34,750 bases of DNA from IMG/VR virus record IMGVR_UViG_2875703104_000001; one strand, given 5' to 3'. This document shows positions 18,916 through 28,229 of this stretch, piece by piece (position 1 is the stretch's first letter; each line of letters starts with the position of its first letter). The position numbers and the translations under genes are program-made. Below the pieces are notes generated by a model. The model was not told where the DNA came from. It did not search any database and worked only from the letters and a program-made list of their open reading frames with translations. The DNA comes from a virus (Duplodnaviria > Heunggongvirae > Uroviricota > Caudoviricetes).

Positions 18916-19413
18916 TTAAGCCGGTACGCCGCCAGCGGTACGCCAGACGGTGACCAGTTTTTCCAGTGAATGCTCACGCTGACCGTAACCGGCACCCGGC
19001 AGGGACGCCCAGATATTGCGACAGCGTGAAATGGCGCGCTCAATGCGTCCCGCCCGGATGTCATCCAGTGCACCGCGTTCGCGGATCAACTGAATGGCAA
19101 GTCTGTCCTGTGACAACGGACTGAAATCCGGCAGGGCAAGCTGTTTGCGGTAATGCGGCCAGAACAGGTAAAGCTGCTGATAGCGACCGGAGGCCGTGGA
19201 TTTTTCACCGCGACGGTTAAACACCTTCGCCGGTCGGCCATGCGCGAACGGGTGGTCACTGTAGTCGGTGAAAATTTCCGGCTTTCCGTCCAGTCCGGTG
19301 ACTATCACGTCATAGCCCCGGTTTTTCGTCAGCGGATGATTCGCCGTCCCTTCGGACACGGCCAGCATGTCGAGAAAGGCGGCGATATTCTGATGCGTGT
19401 TAATTACCGGCAT
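18916..19413 (-). CDS. K: Endolysin gpK (165 aa)
   Basis: Length and position match P2 gpK; directly follows holin Y. Confidence 0.88.
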   Translation of the reverse strand: MPVINTHQNIAAFLDMLAVSEGTANHPLTKNRGYDVIVTGLDGKPEIFTDYSDHPFAHGRPAKVFNRRGEKSTASGRYQQLYLFWPHYRKQLALPDFSPLSQDRLAIQLIRERGALDDIRAGRIERAISRCRNIWASLPGAGYGQREHSLEKLVTVWRTAGGVPA

Positions 19414-19694
19414 TACTGTTTCCCCCTGCCCTTAAAGCGGCGCTGAATGGCAATCTCAATCACCTGATAACCGGCGATACCCAGCATGGAGCCGATGCCG
19501 CACACCGCAGGCAGTGACAGGTCAGGAAACTGCACCAGAACAACACCGGCAACCATCGAGACAAAACCACCGAGCAACATGCGCCCGATAAACAGACGCG
19601 GGGTGATGGGTTCACCACCGGCAAGCACCTTGCCGACAACAATCAACACCCCAATCATGAAAAGCGACAGGACGCTTTTTTCTTCTGCTGTCAT
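19413..19694 (-). CDS. Y: Holin gpY (93 aa)
   Basis: Small protein with hydrophobic transmembrane stretches and a charged C-terminus (RRFKGRGKQ); length matches P2 gpY. Confidence 0.85.
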   Translation of the reverse strand: MTAEEKSVLSLFMIGVLIVVGKVLAGGEPITPRLFIGRMLLGGFVSMVAGVVLVQFPDLSLPAVCGIGSMLGIAGYQVIEIAIQRRFKGRGKQ

Positions 19695-19697
19695 GCG

Positions 19698-19901
19698 TTA
19701 CTCCCACAGATTGACAGTTTCAGCCACGGGCGCGGTCTGAACGTCGGGCAGTTCGACGGCGGTGCCGTGCGGCAGCACCGCACCCAGTTCAGCCAGTCCC
19801 GGATTTGCGGCGAGCACGGTCTCAACCACGCCCTCAGTGCGCCCGTAATACCGGACACAAATGGCGTCGAGCGTGTCGCCCTGTAGCGCAAAGGTCTTCA
19901 T
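19698..19901 (-). CDS. X: Tail protein gpX (67 aa)
   Basis: MKTFALQGDTLDAICVRYYGRTEGVVETVLAANPGL... matches P2 gpX as recalled; the ORF-track upstream extension is rejected. Confidence 0.85.
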   Translation of the reverse strand: MKTFALQGDTLDAICVRYYGRTEGVVETVLAANPGLAELGAVLPHGTAVELPDVQTAPVAETVNLWE

Positions 19902-20410
19902 CAGATTTGACTCACGATGCAGCGCGGCTTGTCCTGGATGCGCGCCACTGCCCAGCGCATATCCCGCCACAGCTCATCAATGGTGCTGTCAATGCTGTCG
20001 GCCTTCTTGTCTCCTTTCGCACTGGCATCCACGCCGCGGTAACGCTCATAAAGCGACGCGGTCGCCATCGCACACACGGCGCGCTCGTAGTAAAAAACTT
20101 TGATACTTTCACCGTCGATATCGTCCGCCGGAACGTCCGCCAGACGCGTAAAACCGGCGGCAATTTTCTGTTCGCGGTACTCGTACAGCTCCGCATTTGT
20201 TTCCGCCATGCCTGACTTGATGGCCTCACGCAGACGGGCGGGGGCGACGGTCTGCTCAAGGCGCATACGTTCCCGGACGCGCTTCGGGTCGATATCGGGA
20301 AAAAAGAACGTGTTTTTAATCACCGGCTCGTCGCCTGCCGGTTGCGGGATGACCACCGTACCCTCACCGGACACGGGAGCCTCCTTTCGCGGAATAATCA
20401 GCGTCATCAT
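19901..20410 (-). CDS. L: Head completion/stabilisation protein gpL (169 aa)
   Basis: Length from the internal MMTLIIPRKEAP start equals P2 gpL; synteny M-L-X. Confidence 0.85.
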   Translation of the reverse strand: MMTLIIPRKEAPVSGEGTVVIPQPAGDEPVIKNTFFFPDIDPKRVRERMRLEQTVAPARLREAIKSGMAETNAELYEYREQKIAAGFTRLADVPADDIDGESIKVFYYERAVCAMATASLYERYRGVDASAKGDKKADSIDSTIDELWRDMRWAVARIQDKPRCIVSQI

Positions 20411-20509
20411 GACTACCTCTGAAAAGTCGGGCGGTGGACGCCGGTGCAGTGTCAGGTGATTCACCCTCACTGACCGGCGTGCCGCCCTGGCGCGGGGCGC
20501 ATTCGGTTG

Positions 20510-21253
20510 TTAACTGGCTTTCTTTTTCGGGCGTCCACGTTTTGCCGGTGTCACGCTCCGGGTCTTACGCGTGGCACGGGTGGCCGCTTTGGGTTGCGGC
20601 TCCGGCTTAGGTTTCAGCTCCCGCTCCAGTCGCTCAATCTCTTTTTTGACGCCTGCCTGACAGTCGAGCTGTGTCGCACGTTGCAGGTGAGCCAGCGCAC
20701 CGGCGGCATCACCACCGTCACGCAGAAACAGACCGGTGATTTTGTGCAGCTTTGCGCGCACTTCATCAGGCATGTCAGCAGCGGCAGTCAGTTCAAGGGT
20801 CTCCGTCAGCAGGCGGGTATCCACAGACTCACCGGCCGCGTGGGCGCGCATGGCCGCGAGCGCGACCTCCTCGGTGAACATATACGGCGGGGTGCGGCGG
20901 TGTTTACCCGGCATGGTCAGACCGTATTTCAGGGCATAACGGGCAATCTCCAGCGCACCGGCAATATCGTCGGTATCCAGACGCCACAGCATGACCGTCA
21001 TCAGAATGTCATCCTGTGCGCCTTTGCCCTGCTCCAGCACGCCGTTCACCCACGGCAACCAGAACGGCAGCAGTTCGCGTTTTTTCGCGGCCTTCAGCTC
21101 TTTTGAGTAAATCGCTTTCAGTGTGCGCTGGTCTGCGGCCAGCTTGACCAGCATCTGCTCATAGACAGTTGCATGTCGCAGCGGGGCGGCTTCCCGCTGC
21201 GCGGTCATCGCTGCCGAAACCCGCATCATGTGGCGCTGTGCGGGACTCGTCAT
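20510..21253 (-). CDS. M: Terminase endonuclease (small) subunit gpM (247 aa)
   Basis: Length and synteny match P2 gpM; basic C-terminal tail. Confidence 0.88.
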   Translation of the reverse strand: MTSPAQRHMMRVSAAMTAQREAAPLRHATVYEQMLVKLAADQRTLKAIYSKELKAAKKRELLPFWLPWVNGVLEQGKGAQDDILMTVMLWRLDTDDIAGALEIARYALKYGLTMPGKHRRTPPYMFTEEVALAAMRAHAAGESVDTRLLTETLELTAAADMPDEVRAKLHKITGLFLRDGGDAAGALAHLQRATQLDCQAGVKKEIERLERELKPKPEPQPKAATRATRKTRSVTPAKRGRPKKKAS

Positions 21254-21256
21254 CAG

Positions 21257-22330
21257 TTACGCTCCCGGCTCTGCGGTCGCCTTGGCCGGTGTGGAGAAAT
21301 CACCGACCTTAATTTTTTCCACCAGGCAACCGGCGGCGTAGTCTTCCACCACGTAATCAATATTCATTGACTCGTAGTTCTCCACGCGGTCGAGTTTCGG
21401 GTTTTCCTCAATCACGCGGCGATGGCTGTCATCCATGTAGTAGATGGACAGGTTTTCCAGCTTCGTGATGAGCATCGCATCCGCCGGGAAGTACGGGACG
21501 CGTACCGCCGGCAGGTTACCGATGCGTTTCTGGCTGATGATGACGTCAGCGGCCAGCATTTCGCTGTTGTCCTGCTCCTTGTTGACGATGGGGAAATATT
21601 TGTCCGCCAGCAGCTGACGCCCCACAATCACCACAAGGTCAGGGTCTTCCTGATACCACGGCTCAATCAGGTTGTTAGTCGCATCCATCACCAGTGCATC
21701 GAGGCTGGCATAATCACCGCCCTTACCCACGCGGATGACCTCAGAGGTGGTGTGCCCTTCCTCGTCAGTGACCTTGCTCATCACACGCGCCGGGGCTTCA
21801 TTGCGGTATTTCTGCAGCCAGCCGACCGCCACATCCTGCAACATCGGATTACTGTTGCGGTCAGAGGTTTCTGCACGCTTCACGCCGTTAAAACCGGCCA
21901 TGATGAAATCAAGGGACTGGCGTTTGATAATGGCGTTACGGATACGGAGCTGGAAATCCTGATAACGCGCCCACAGGTCCAGCGTTTTGTAGCGGATATA
22001 AAAATCGAAGTTAATCTGGTCGCATTCGTACTTGTTTGACGCCAGCTTCGAGAAGTCCTTCGGCTGACGCTCGGTGCCACCGGCGGTGTCGGTGGTGCTG
22101 GCGATGGAGCCGGTGACACCGATGCCAATTTTTTCCCCTTTCATTTCACTGACCGGCACAATGTTGATGCGGGTCAGAAAGTCAGAGGACTCCTGCATGG
22201 TGTTCATCAGGGTCTGGGTGACCGACGGTTCAACGGTGAATTTTTTCGACACATCACCGGCGTCGATGCCGTTCAGTTCGGCAACACGGGACAGGTAGGC
22301 ATTAAATTTAAAGCGGGTTTCCTGGCGCAT
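21257..22330 (-). CDS. N: Major capsid protein gpN (357 aa)
   Basis: Length and synteny match P2 gpN. Confidence 0.9.
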   Translation of the reverse strand: MRQETRFKFNAYLSRVAELNGIDAGDVSKKFTVEPSVTQTLMNTMQESSDFLTRINIVPVSEMKGEKIGIGVTGSIASTTDTAGGTERQPKDFSKLASNKYECDQINFDFYIRYKTLDLWARYQDFQLRIRNAIIKRQSLDFIMAGFNGVKRAETSDRNSNPMLQDVAVGWLQKYRNEAPARVMSKVTDEEGHTTSEVIRVGKGGDYASLDALVMDATNNLIEPWYQEDPDLVVIVGRQLLADKYFPIVNKEQDNSEMLAADVIISQKRIGNLPAVRVPYFPADAMLITKLENLSIYYMDDSHRRVIEENPKLDRVENYESMNIDYVVEDYAAGCLVEKIKVGDFSTPAKATAEPGA

Positions 22331-22388
22331 AGTTTTTCCTGAAATTAAGGGTTAATCGTGAAGGTTTTCCCGGACTGACTGACGCCGG

Positions 22389-23243
22389 TCAGCAGTTCGT
22401 CATCAGGGCGTCACCGCCACCACCGGTGGCCTTGCTGCGGCGCTGCTGGGTCAGACTTTCGGTGTGGTCGAGACTGTTTTTCAGGCGGGTGAATGCCTGG
22501 CTGGTTTCATCCGCCCTGTCAGTCACATCCTGCTTAAGTGCGGAAAAAGCGGTTTCCATCTCAGCGAGGCGCTGCTCAGTGGCGCTCAGTTTTTCCTGCA
22601 CATGTTCAGCAACAGCGGTCACCGCTTCATGCACGTCATTCAGACGGGCGTCATCGCTGGCCTGTTTGCGGCCAAAAATGGACTTCACCTTTTCGGTCAG
22701 GGCGGTGAACACGGTTTCAGGCAGGTCTTCAAATTCCAGCTCAACGGGCGTTGCCACTGAAATCAGGTTTTCAGGGCTTAATTTGAAGCGGTTCAGGGGG
22801 TTGTGTTTTGCCGTGCGGCAGAATTCCAGGTATTCCGTGCCGAGGCTTGCCGGGTCATCGGTGACGGCCAGCCCCACCAGATAACACTTGCCGGTGTTGG
22901 CAAAGTTCGGCTGAATTTCCATTGAGGTATAGACCTTCTGCGCGGCCTTGTTCATCGCGATAAGGTCATCGGTCGGGGTGATTTTCGCAAACAGCGCCCA
23001 TTTGCCTTTCAGCGCCGAATCGTCGTCAATCTTTTCGGCCTTCAGTTCGGCCACATCGCCATAACGTTTAAAAATACCGTCAGGCAGGATGCCGCGCAGA
23101 TGTTCCAGGTTAATGCGGCAACCATAGACACGCGGGTCAAAGGTTTCGGCCATTTCCTGAATATCCTGCGCACTGATGACACGCCCGTCACAGGTGTCAC
23201 CCTCAACGCCGATACGAAAGAATTTTGAGACTTTTTTTGCCAT
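22389..23243 (-). CDS. O: Capsid scaffolding protein gpO (284 aa)
   Basis: Length from the internal MAKKVSKFFRIGVEG start equals P2 gpO; divergent from P. Confidence 0.88.
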   Translation of the reverse strand: MAKKVSKFFRIGVEGDTCDGRVISAQDIQEMAETFDPRVYGCRINLEHLRGILPDGIFKRYGDVAELKAEKIDDDSALKGKWALFAKITPTDDLIAMNKAAQKVYTSMEIQPNFANTGKCYLVGLAVTDDPASLGTEYLEFCRTAKHNPLNRFKLSPENLISVATPVELEFEDLPETVFTALTEKVKSIFGRKQASDDARLNDVHEAVTAVAEHVQEKLSATEQRLAEMETAFSALKQDVTDRADETSQAFTRLKNSLDHTESLTQQRRSKATGGGGDALMTNC

Positions 23244-23416
23244 TGTCAGGAGTCCTGAATAGTGATTAGAGGAGTCACATGTCGGCATCAGTTTCCCGAC
23301 GATGCGCATCCTCCGCCATCAGTCCCGGATGGCTTATCACTGACACAACAGCACCTTAGCGAATCGCGGGGCGCGACTCAGTAGCCTTGCCGTGTATTCA
23401 TCACGGCGAGGTATTC
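23244..23416. promoter_or_regulatory. Divergent late promoter region between O and P (expected Ogr-dependent promoters)
   Basis: Position only: intergenic region between the divergently transcribed O-N-M-L and P-Q operons. I could not confirm a clean activator-binding motif by eye. Confidence 0.4.
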
Positions 23417-25189
23417 ATGACCATCACCACAGACACCACTCTTTTACACGACCCGCGTCGTCAGGCGGCGCTGCTGTACTGGCAGGGGTTTTCCGTGCCG
23501 CAGATTGCCGCCATGTTGCAGATGAAACGCCCGACGGTGCAGAGCTGGAAACAGCGCGACGGCTGGGACAGCGTTGCCCCCATCAGCCGTGTCGAAATGA
23601 GTCTGGAAGCGCGGCTGACCCAGCTCATCATCAAACCGCAGAAAACCGGCGGTGACTTCAAGGAAATTGACCTGCTGGGACGCCAGATTGAACGACTGGC
23701 ACGGGTAAACCGTTACAGTCAGACCGGCAACGAGGCAGACCTTAATCCGAACGTCGCTAACCGCAACAAAGGCGGGCGTCGCAAACCGAAAAAGAATTTT
23801 TTCAGTGACGAGGCCATCGAAAAGCTGGAGCAGATTTTCTTTGAGCAGTCTTTCGACTATCAGTTGCACTGGTATCGCGCCGGGCTTGAGCACCGCATCC
23901 GCGATATCCTGAAATCCCGCCAGATTGGCGCGACGTTTTATTTTTCCCGCGAGGCGCTGCTGCGCGCCCTGAAAACCGGTCATAACCAGATTTTTCTGTC
24001 GGCCAGTAAAACGCAGGCGTATGTGTTCCGTGAATACATCATCGCCTTTGCCCGGCTGGTTGACGTTGACCTGACCGGTGACCCGATTGTCCTGGGCAAT
24101 AACGGCGCAAAACTGATTTTTCTCGGCACCAACTCCAACACCGCACAGAGCCATAACGGCGACCTGTACGTCGATGAGATTTTCTGGATCCCGAATTTTC
24201 AGGTACTGCGTAAGGTGGCATCAGGTATGGCCTCACAGAGTCACCTGCGCTCGACCTATTTCTCCACCCCGTCCACGCTGGCGCACGACGCCTACCCGTT
24301 CTGGTCGGGTGAACTGTTCAACCGGGGACGCGCCAGCGCCGCCGAACGCGTGGAAATCGACGTCAGTCATAACGCCCTTGCCGGTGGGCTTCTCTGTGCG
24401 GACGGCCAGTGGCGGCAGATTGTCACCATTGAGGACGCCCTGAAAGGTGGCTGCACGCTGTTCGACATTGAGCAGCTCAAACGTGAAAACAGCGCCGACG
24501 ATTTTAAAAACCTGTTCATGTGTGAATTTGTTGACGACAAGGCGTCGGTGTTCCCGTTCGAGGAGCTGCAACGCTGCATGGTCGACACGCTGGAAGAATG
24601 GGAAGACTATGCGCCGTTTGCCGCCAATCCGTTCGGCTCCCGCCCGGTATGGATTGGTTACGACCCGTCACACCGTGGCGACAGCGCCGGATGCGTGGTG
24701 CTGGCACCGCCGGTGGTGGCCGGTGGCAAATTCAGAATACTTGAGCGTCACCAGTGGAAAGGCATGGACTTTGCCACCCAGGCGGAATCCATCCGCAAAC
24801 TCACCGAAAAATATAACGTTGAATACATCGGGATTGATGCCACCGGCCTCGGTGTCGGCGTGTTCCAGCTCGTGCGCTCGTTCTATCCCGCCGCGCGCGA
24901 TATCCGCTACACGCCGGAAATGAAAACCGCAATGGTGCTCAAGGCAAAAGACGTTATCCGCCGTGGCTGTCTGGAATATGACGTCAGCGCCACCGACATC
25001 ACCAGCTCGTTTATGGCTATCCGCAAGACCATGACCAGCAGCGGACGCAGCGCCACCTATGAGGCCAGCCGCAGCGAGGAAGCCAGCCACGCCGACCTCG
25101 CCTGGGCGACCATGCACGCCCTGTTAAATGAGCCACTCACCGCCGGTATCAGCACCCCGCTGACATCCACCATTCTGGAGTTTTACTGA
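23417..25189 (+). CDS. P: Terminase ATPase (large) subunit gpP (590 aa)
   Basis: MTITTDTTLLHDPRRQAALLYWQGFSVPQIAAMLQMKRPTVQSW matches P2 gpP as recalled; the ORF-track start at 23387 adds 10 codons. Confidence 0.9.
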   Translation: MTITTDTTLLHDPRRQAALLYWQGFSVPQIAAMLQMKRPTVQSWKQRDGWDSVAPISRVEMSLEARLTQLIIKPQKTGGDFKEIDLLGRQIERLARVNRYSQTGNEADLNPNVANRNKGGRRKPKKNFFSDEAIEKLEQIFFEQSFDYQLHWYRAGLEHRIRDILKSRQIGATFYFSREALLRALKTGHNQIFLSASKTQAYVFREYIIAFARLVDVDLTGDPIVLGNNGAKLIFLGTNSNTAQSHNGDLYVDEIFWIPNFQVLRKVASGMASQSHLRSTYFSTPSTLAHDAYPFWSGELFNRGRASAAERVEIDVSHNALAGGLLCADGQWRQIVTIEDALKGGCTLFDIEQLKRENSADDFKNLFMCEFVDDKASVFPFEELQRCMVDTLEEWEDYAPFAANPFGSRPVWIGYDPSHRGDSAGCVVLAPPVVAGGKFRILERHQWKGMDFATQAESIRKLTEKYNVEYIGIDATGLGVGVFQLVRSFYPAARDIRYTPEMKTAMVLKAKDVIRRGCLEYDVSATDITSSFMAIRKTMTSSGRSATYEASRSEEASHADLAWATMHALLNEPLTAGISTPLTSTILEFY

Positions 25190-26223
25190 TGAGCAAGAAA
25201 AAAGGGAAAACACCGCGACCAGCGGCAAAAACAATGACCGCCAGCGCCCCGAAAATGGAGGCATTCACCTTTGGTGAGCCGGTGCCGGTACTCGACCGCC
25301 GTGACATTCTGGATTACGTCGAGTGCATCAGTAACGGCAGATGGTATGAGCCACCGGTCAGCTTTACCGGTCTGGCAAAAAGCCTGCGTGCTGCCGTACA
25401 TCACAGCTCGCCAATTTACGTCAAACGCAATATTCTGGCCTCGACATTTATCCCGCACCCGTGGCTTTCCCAGCAGGATTTCAGCCGTTTTGTGCTGGAT
25501 TTTCTGGTGTTCGGTAATGCGTTTCTGGAAAAGCGTTACAGCACCACCGGTAAGGTCATCAGACTGGAAACCTCACCGGCCAAATATACCCGTCGTGGCG
25601 TGGAGGAGGATGTTTACTGGTGGGTGCCGTCCTTCAACGAGCCGACAGCCTTCGCGCCCGGCTCCGTGTTTCACCTGCTGGAGCCGGATATTAATCAGGA
25701 GCTGTACGGCCTGCCGGAATATCTCAGCGCCCTTAACTCTGCCTGGCTGAATGAATCGGCCACGCTGTTCCGCCGCAAGTATTACGAAAACGGCGCACAT
25801 GCCGGATACATCATGTACGTCACCGATGCCGTGCAGGATCGCAACGATATCGAAATGCTTCGCGAAAACATGGTTAAGTCGAAAGGCCGCAATAACTTTA
25901 AAAATCTGTTTCTCTATGCCCCTCAGGGGAAAGCCGACGGCATTAAAATTATCCCCCTCAGTGAAGTGGCAACGAAGGACGATTTTTTTAATATCAAAAA
26001 ATCCAGCGCCGCTGACCTGCTGGACGCGCACCGCATCCCCTTTCAGTTGATGGGCGGCAAGCCGGAGAACGTCGGGTCGCTGGGTGATATTGAGAAAGTG
26101 GCAAAGGTCTTTGTCCGCAATGAGCTTATCCCGTTACAGGACAGGATTCGGGAAATAAACGGCTGGCTCGGTCAGGAGGTCATCCGCTTTAAAAACTACT
26201 CACTGGACACTGACAACGGCTGA
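25189..26223 (+). CDS. Q: Portal protein gpQ (344 aa)
   Basis: Length and synteny match P2 gpQ; start overlaps the P stop. Confidence 0.9.
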   Translation: MSKKKGKTPRPAAKTMTASAPKMEAFTFGEPVPVLDRRDILDYVECISNGRWYEPPVSFTGLAKSLRAAVHHSSPIYVKRNILASTFIPHPWLSQQDFSRFVLDFLVFGNAFLEKRYSTTGKVIRLETSPAKYTRRGVEEDVYWWVPSFNEPTAFAPGSVFHLLEPDINQELYGLPEYLSALNSAWLNESATLFRRKYYENGAHAGYIMYVTDAVQDRNDIEMLRENMVKSKGRNNFKNLFLYAPQGKADGIKIIPLSEVATKDDFFNIKKSSAADLLDAHRIPFQLMGGKPENVGSLGDIEKVAKVFVRNELIPLQDRIREINGWLGQEVIRFKNYSLDTDNG

Positions 26224-26228
26224 ACATC

Positions 26229-26250
26229 GCCGCCTGCGGGCGGCTTTTTT
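26229..26250 (+). terminator. Rho-independent terminator after Q (GCCGCC-tgcg-GGCGGC followed by TTTTTT)
   Basis: Read directly; 6 nt after the Q stop codon. Confidence 0.75.
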
Positions 26251-26392
26251 ACACCCCGCCATCACGCCCTCACACGCTCATCACCGCACAAAACATCCCG
26301 CAGACACACCAACGCCCCGGCGAACAATCTAAACGCCGTCACGACGCGCTCAGACGCTGAAAAAATAAAATCAGCACCACCGCCAGCGCGCA

Positions 26393-26411
26393 GTGCTTTC
26401 CCCGCCTCGCC
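26393..26411. other. cos: cos site: 19-nt cohesive-end sequence of P2 type
   Basis: GTGCTTTCCCCGCCTCGCC is the reverse complement of the P2 cohesive end GGCGAGGCGGGGAAAGCAC as I recall it; located about 170 bp past Q, as in P2. Confidence 0.75.
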
Positions 26412-26531
26412 CGCCCGCTTCGTGGGACGATTTTAATGCAGTTGCCCGCATTAGCTGAATCCGCGCCAGAACAGACATTATGGATATGTCAATACGAACT
26501 TATTGACGTGCAAAATCATGCAATCAAGCGC

Positions 26532-26557
26532 AAAAAAAACCGCCTTCAAAGAGGCGG
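26532..26557 (-). terminator. Rho-independent terminator downstream of the kinase-HIRAN gene (minus strand)
   Basis: Plus strand AAAAAAAA-CCGCCT-tcaaag-AGGCGG; on the minus strand this is a hairpin followed by U8, about 20 nt after the stop at 26577. Confidence 0.7.
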
Positions 26558-26576
26558 TTTATGTTATCCCATTGGA

Positions 26577-28220
26577 TTAAGATCTACATTCAACTAAAAG
26601 GTACACTAATGGACGTTCTGGCGTCCCATTCTTCTTTGCAACAAAAGCAGATATTTTGTGTTTTGCTATTTTTTGCTTGAGTTTTTTACATAACACTTTG
26701 TTTATATAACCAAGTTTCCCGCTCTCATGAACAACAGCTATAGCATGTGGATCAACCGGGTTATCCTCTTCAGGAACAAGCTTGACCAAATCACCGACCA
26801 TTACTTTCGACAAATCAAGCCCTTCCTGATAACGAGTTCCTGCCACTTCAAAAAGAAGCTCACCTTCACTATTAAGAATTTCTGGATCTGGCACCAAACA
26901 AAAACCATCGCCAGGTGATTTTGCTCCTGTATATCCTAACAGCGCAAAATCAGAGCCTTCAAATGGATGGGGGAGCAAATGTTGAGCCAGATACTCAGCA
27001 AAGTCTTTTCTTTTCCGTGGTGGTAAACGCCGAACAAACGGGTCAAGCACGTTGTTCGTATGTTCTTCACTTTTCAGACTAAATGCGGGATGTCCTGCAA
27101 ACCCTTTCTCTTGGGCTTTAGCATAATCTTCTGACTGAAAATGGTATGTGAAGACGTAGTTATCCCCTTGCTGACGATCAATCTGACCAACAACATAACG
27201 AGTACCGCCTGTGGGTGGCTGCCATGTAAGAAGCAACCGAGTAGGCTCCATTATTCTGTTTATAGTACGCATATTTAGAATCAGTGATAACCTTAGGTAT
27301 CTACGCCTCAATAAACGAATCGTCCAATCCGCTCGTTCCCTAGTGAACGGCACATCGGAGCTAATTTCGCAAAGTGAATCTATCTTGTCGACCAGTTCCT
27401 GAAAATCAAATTCAAGTCTCCGGGCCAAGTACGCTTTTGACTGCTCATCAAGAGCCAAATCCTGTATAGAAGAAATATGACCTAATCGTTCATGCGTGTC
27501 TGCCCGATTCTTCCGCAAATGATGACAACCACGCTGTATGTATTCATCTACATTTTGATGGTTCCATCCTCTGATCCTCTCTACATACCTTTCATGCCCC
27601 AAACTAGTACCATTATCGAAATATGGTGCGAGATATCCCTTCACTTTAGGTGGCGTTATGCCTGGTGCAGATTCAGGTACAAAAACAAAACCCCAATTCT
27701 CTTGGTGTCTATCACTATTACCGATGAGCGCATCAAAAAGCAGCATATCGTAAAGCCATTGGATCCAGTCTGGAGAGATCAGGCCGCGGATACTAAAAGC
27801 CCTACAAATTAAGCGTAGATCAACAAGGTTATGGTGTCTTCCGGAAGAGTCATCAAAATCCGATATCAACACATGAAAAAAATCAGACGCATGAACAAAT
27901 AACTGGCTACTTTGATCGTAAAACCACTCAAGCAAAGCTCCATATTCGTATTCACCGTTCTCCATCATTCTTCGCGCTGGCAATGCTTTAGGAACAGGAA
28001 CGCCCATAACATCTCCAACTATATAAGCAACGGTTTCCATCCAGTACTGATCGGGATAAGCATCTCTTGAGAGTTTAAAAAGATAAGGCCATTCCGGTTT
28101 TATCCCCTCAGGAGCATCATTCGGTGACCAAAGCATTTTTTTATCCCTCGCTCCTCGAGGAAAAATGCCATGCTCATCATCTTTACGCCAACTAGTTACA
28201 TCTATTAAATTGATATCCAT
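26577..28220 (-). CDS. HipA-like Ser/Thr kinase domain protein with C-terminal HIRAN-like domain (547 aa); candidate defence or toxin effector
   Basis: LFDALIGNSDRHQENWGFVF fits the HipA-family catalytic loop (GNxDxHxxN) and LAPYFDNGTSLG the downstream HipA motif. C-terminus LFEVAGTRYQEG...LVPEEDNPVDPHAIAVVHESGKLGYINK fits the HIRAN signature. Gene is AT-rich and sits between cos and A. Confidence 0.65.
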   Translation of the reverse strand: MDINLIDVTSWRKDDEHGIFPRGARDKKMLWSPNDAPEGIKPEWPYLFKLSRDAYPDQYWMETVAYIVGDVMGVPVPKALPARRMMENGEYEYGALLEWFYDQSSQLFVHASDFFHVLISDFDDSSGRHHNLVDLRLICRAFSIRGLISPDWIQWLYDMLLFDALIGNSDRHQENWGFVFVPESAPGITPPKVKGYLAPYFDNGTSLGHERYVERIRGWNHQNVDEYIQRGCHHLRKNRADTHERLGHISSIQDLALDEQSKAYLARRLEFDFQELVDKIDSLCEISSDVPFTRERADWTIRLLRRRYLRLSLILNMRTINRIMEPTRLLLTWQPPTGGTRYVVGQIDRQQGDNYVFTYHFQSEDYAKAQEKGFAGHPAFSLKSEEHTNNVLDPFVRRLPPRKRKDFAEYLAQHLLPHPFEGSDFALLGYTGAKSPGDGFCLVPDPEILNSEGELLFEVAGTRYQEGLDLSKVMVGDLVKLVPEEDNPVDPHAIAVVHESGKLGYINKVLCKKLKQKIAKHKISAFVAKKNGTPERPLVYLLVECRS

Positions 28221-28229
28221 ATCTTACGG

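Noticed and set aside
20507-22884. Antisense ORFs within M, N and O (for example 20507..21106, 21422..22039, 22426..22884)
   Set aside because: Shadow ORFs opposite conserved capsid and terminase genes; compositionally biased translations.
23392-26050. ORFs overlapping P and Q on either strand (for example 23444..24154, 24668..25117, 25573..26031, 25271..25750)
   Set aside because: Contained within the terminase and portal genes; no support for independent coding.
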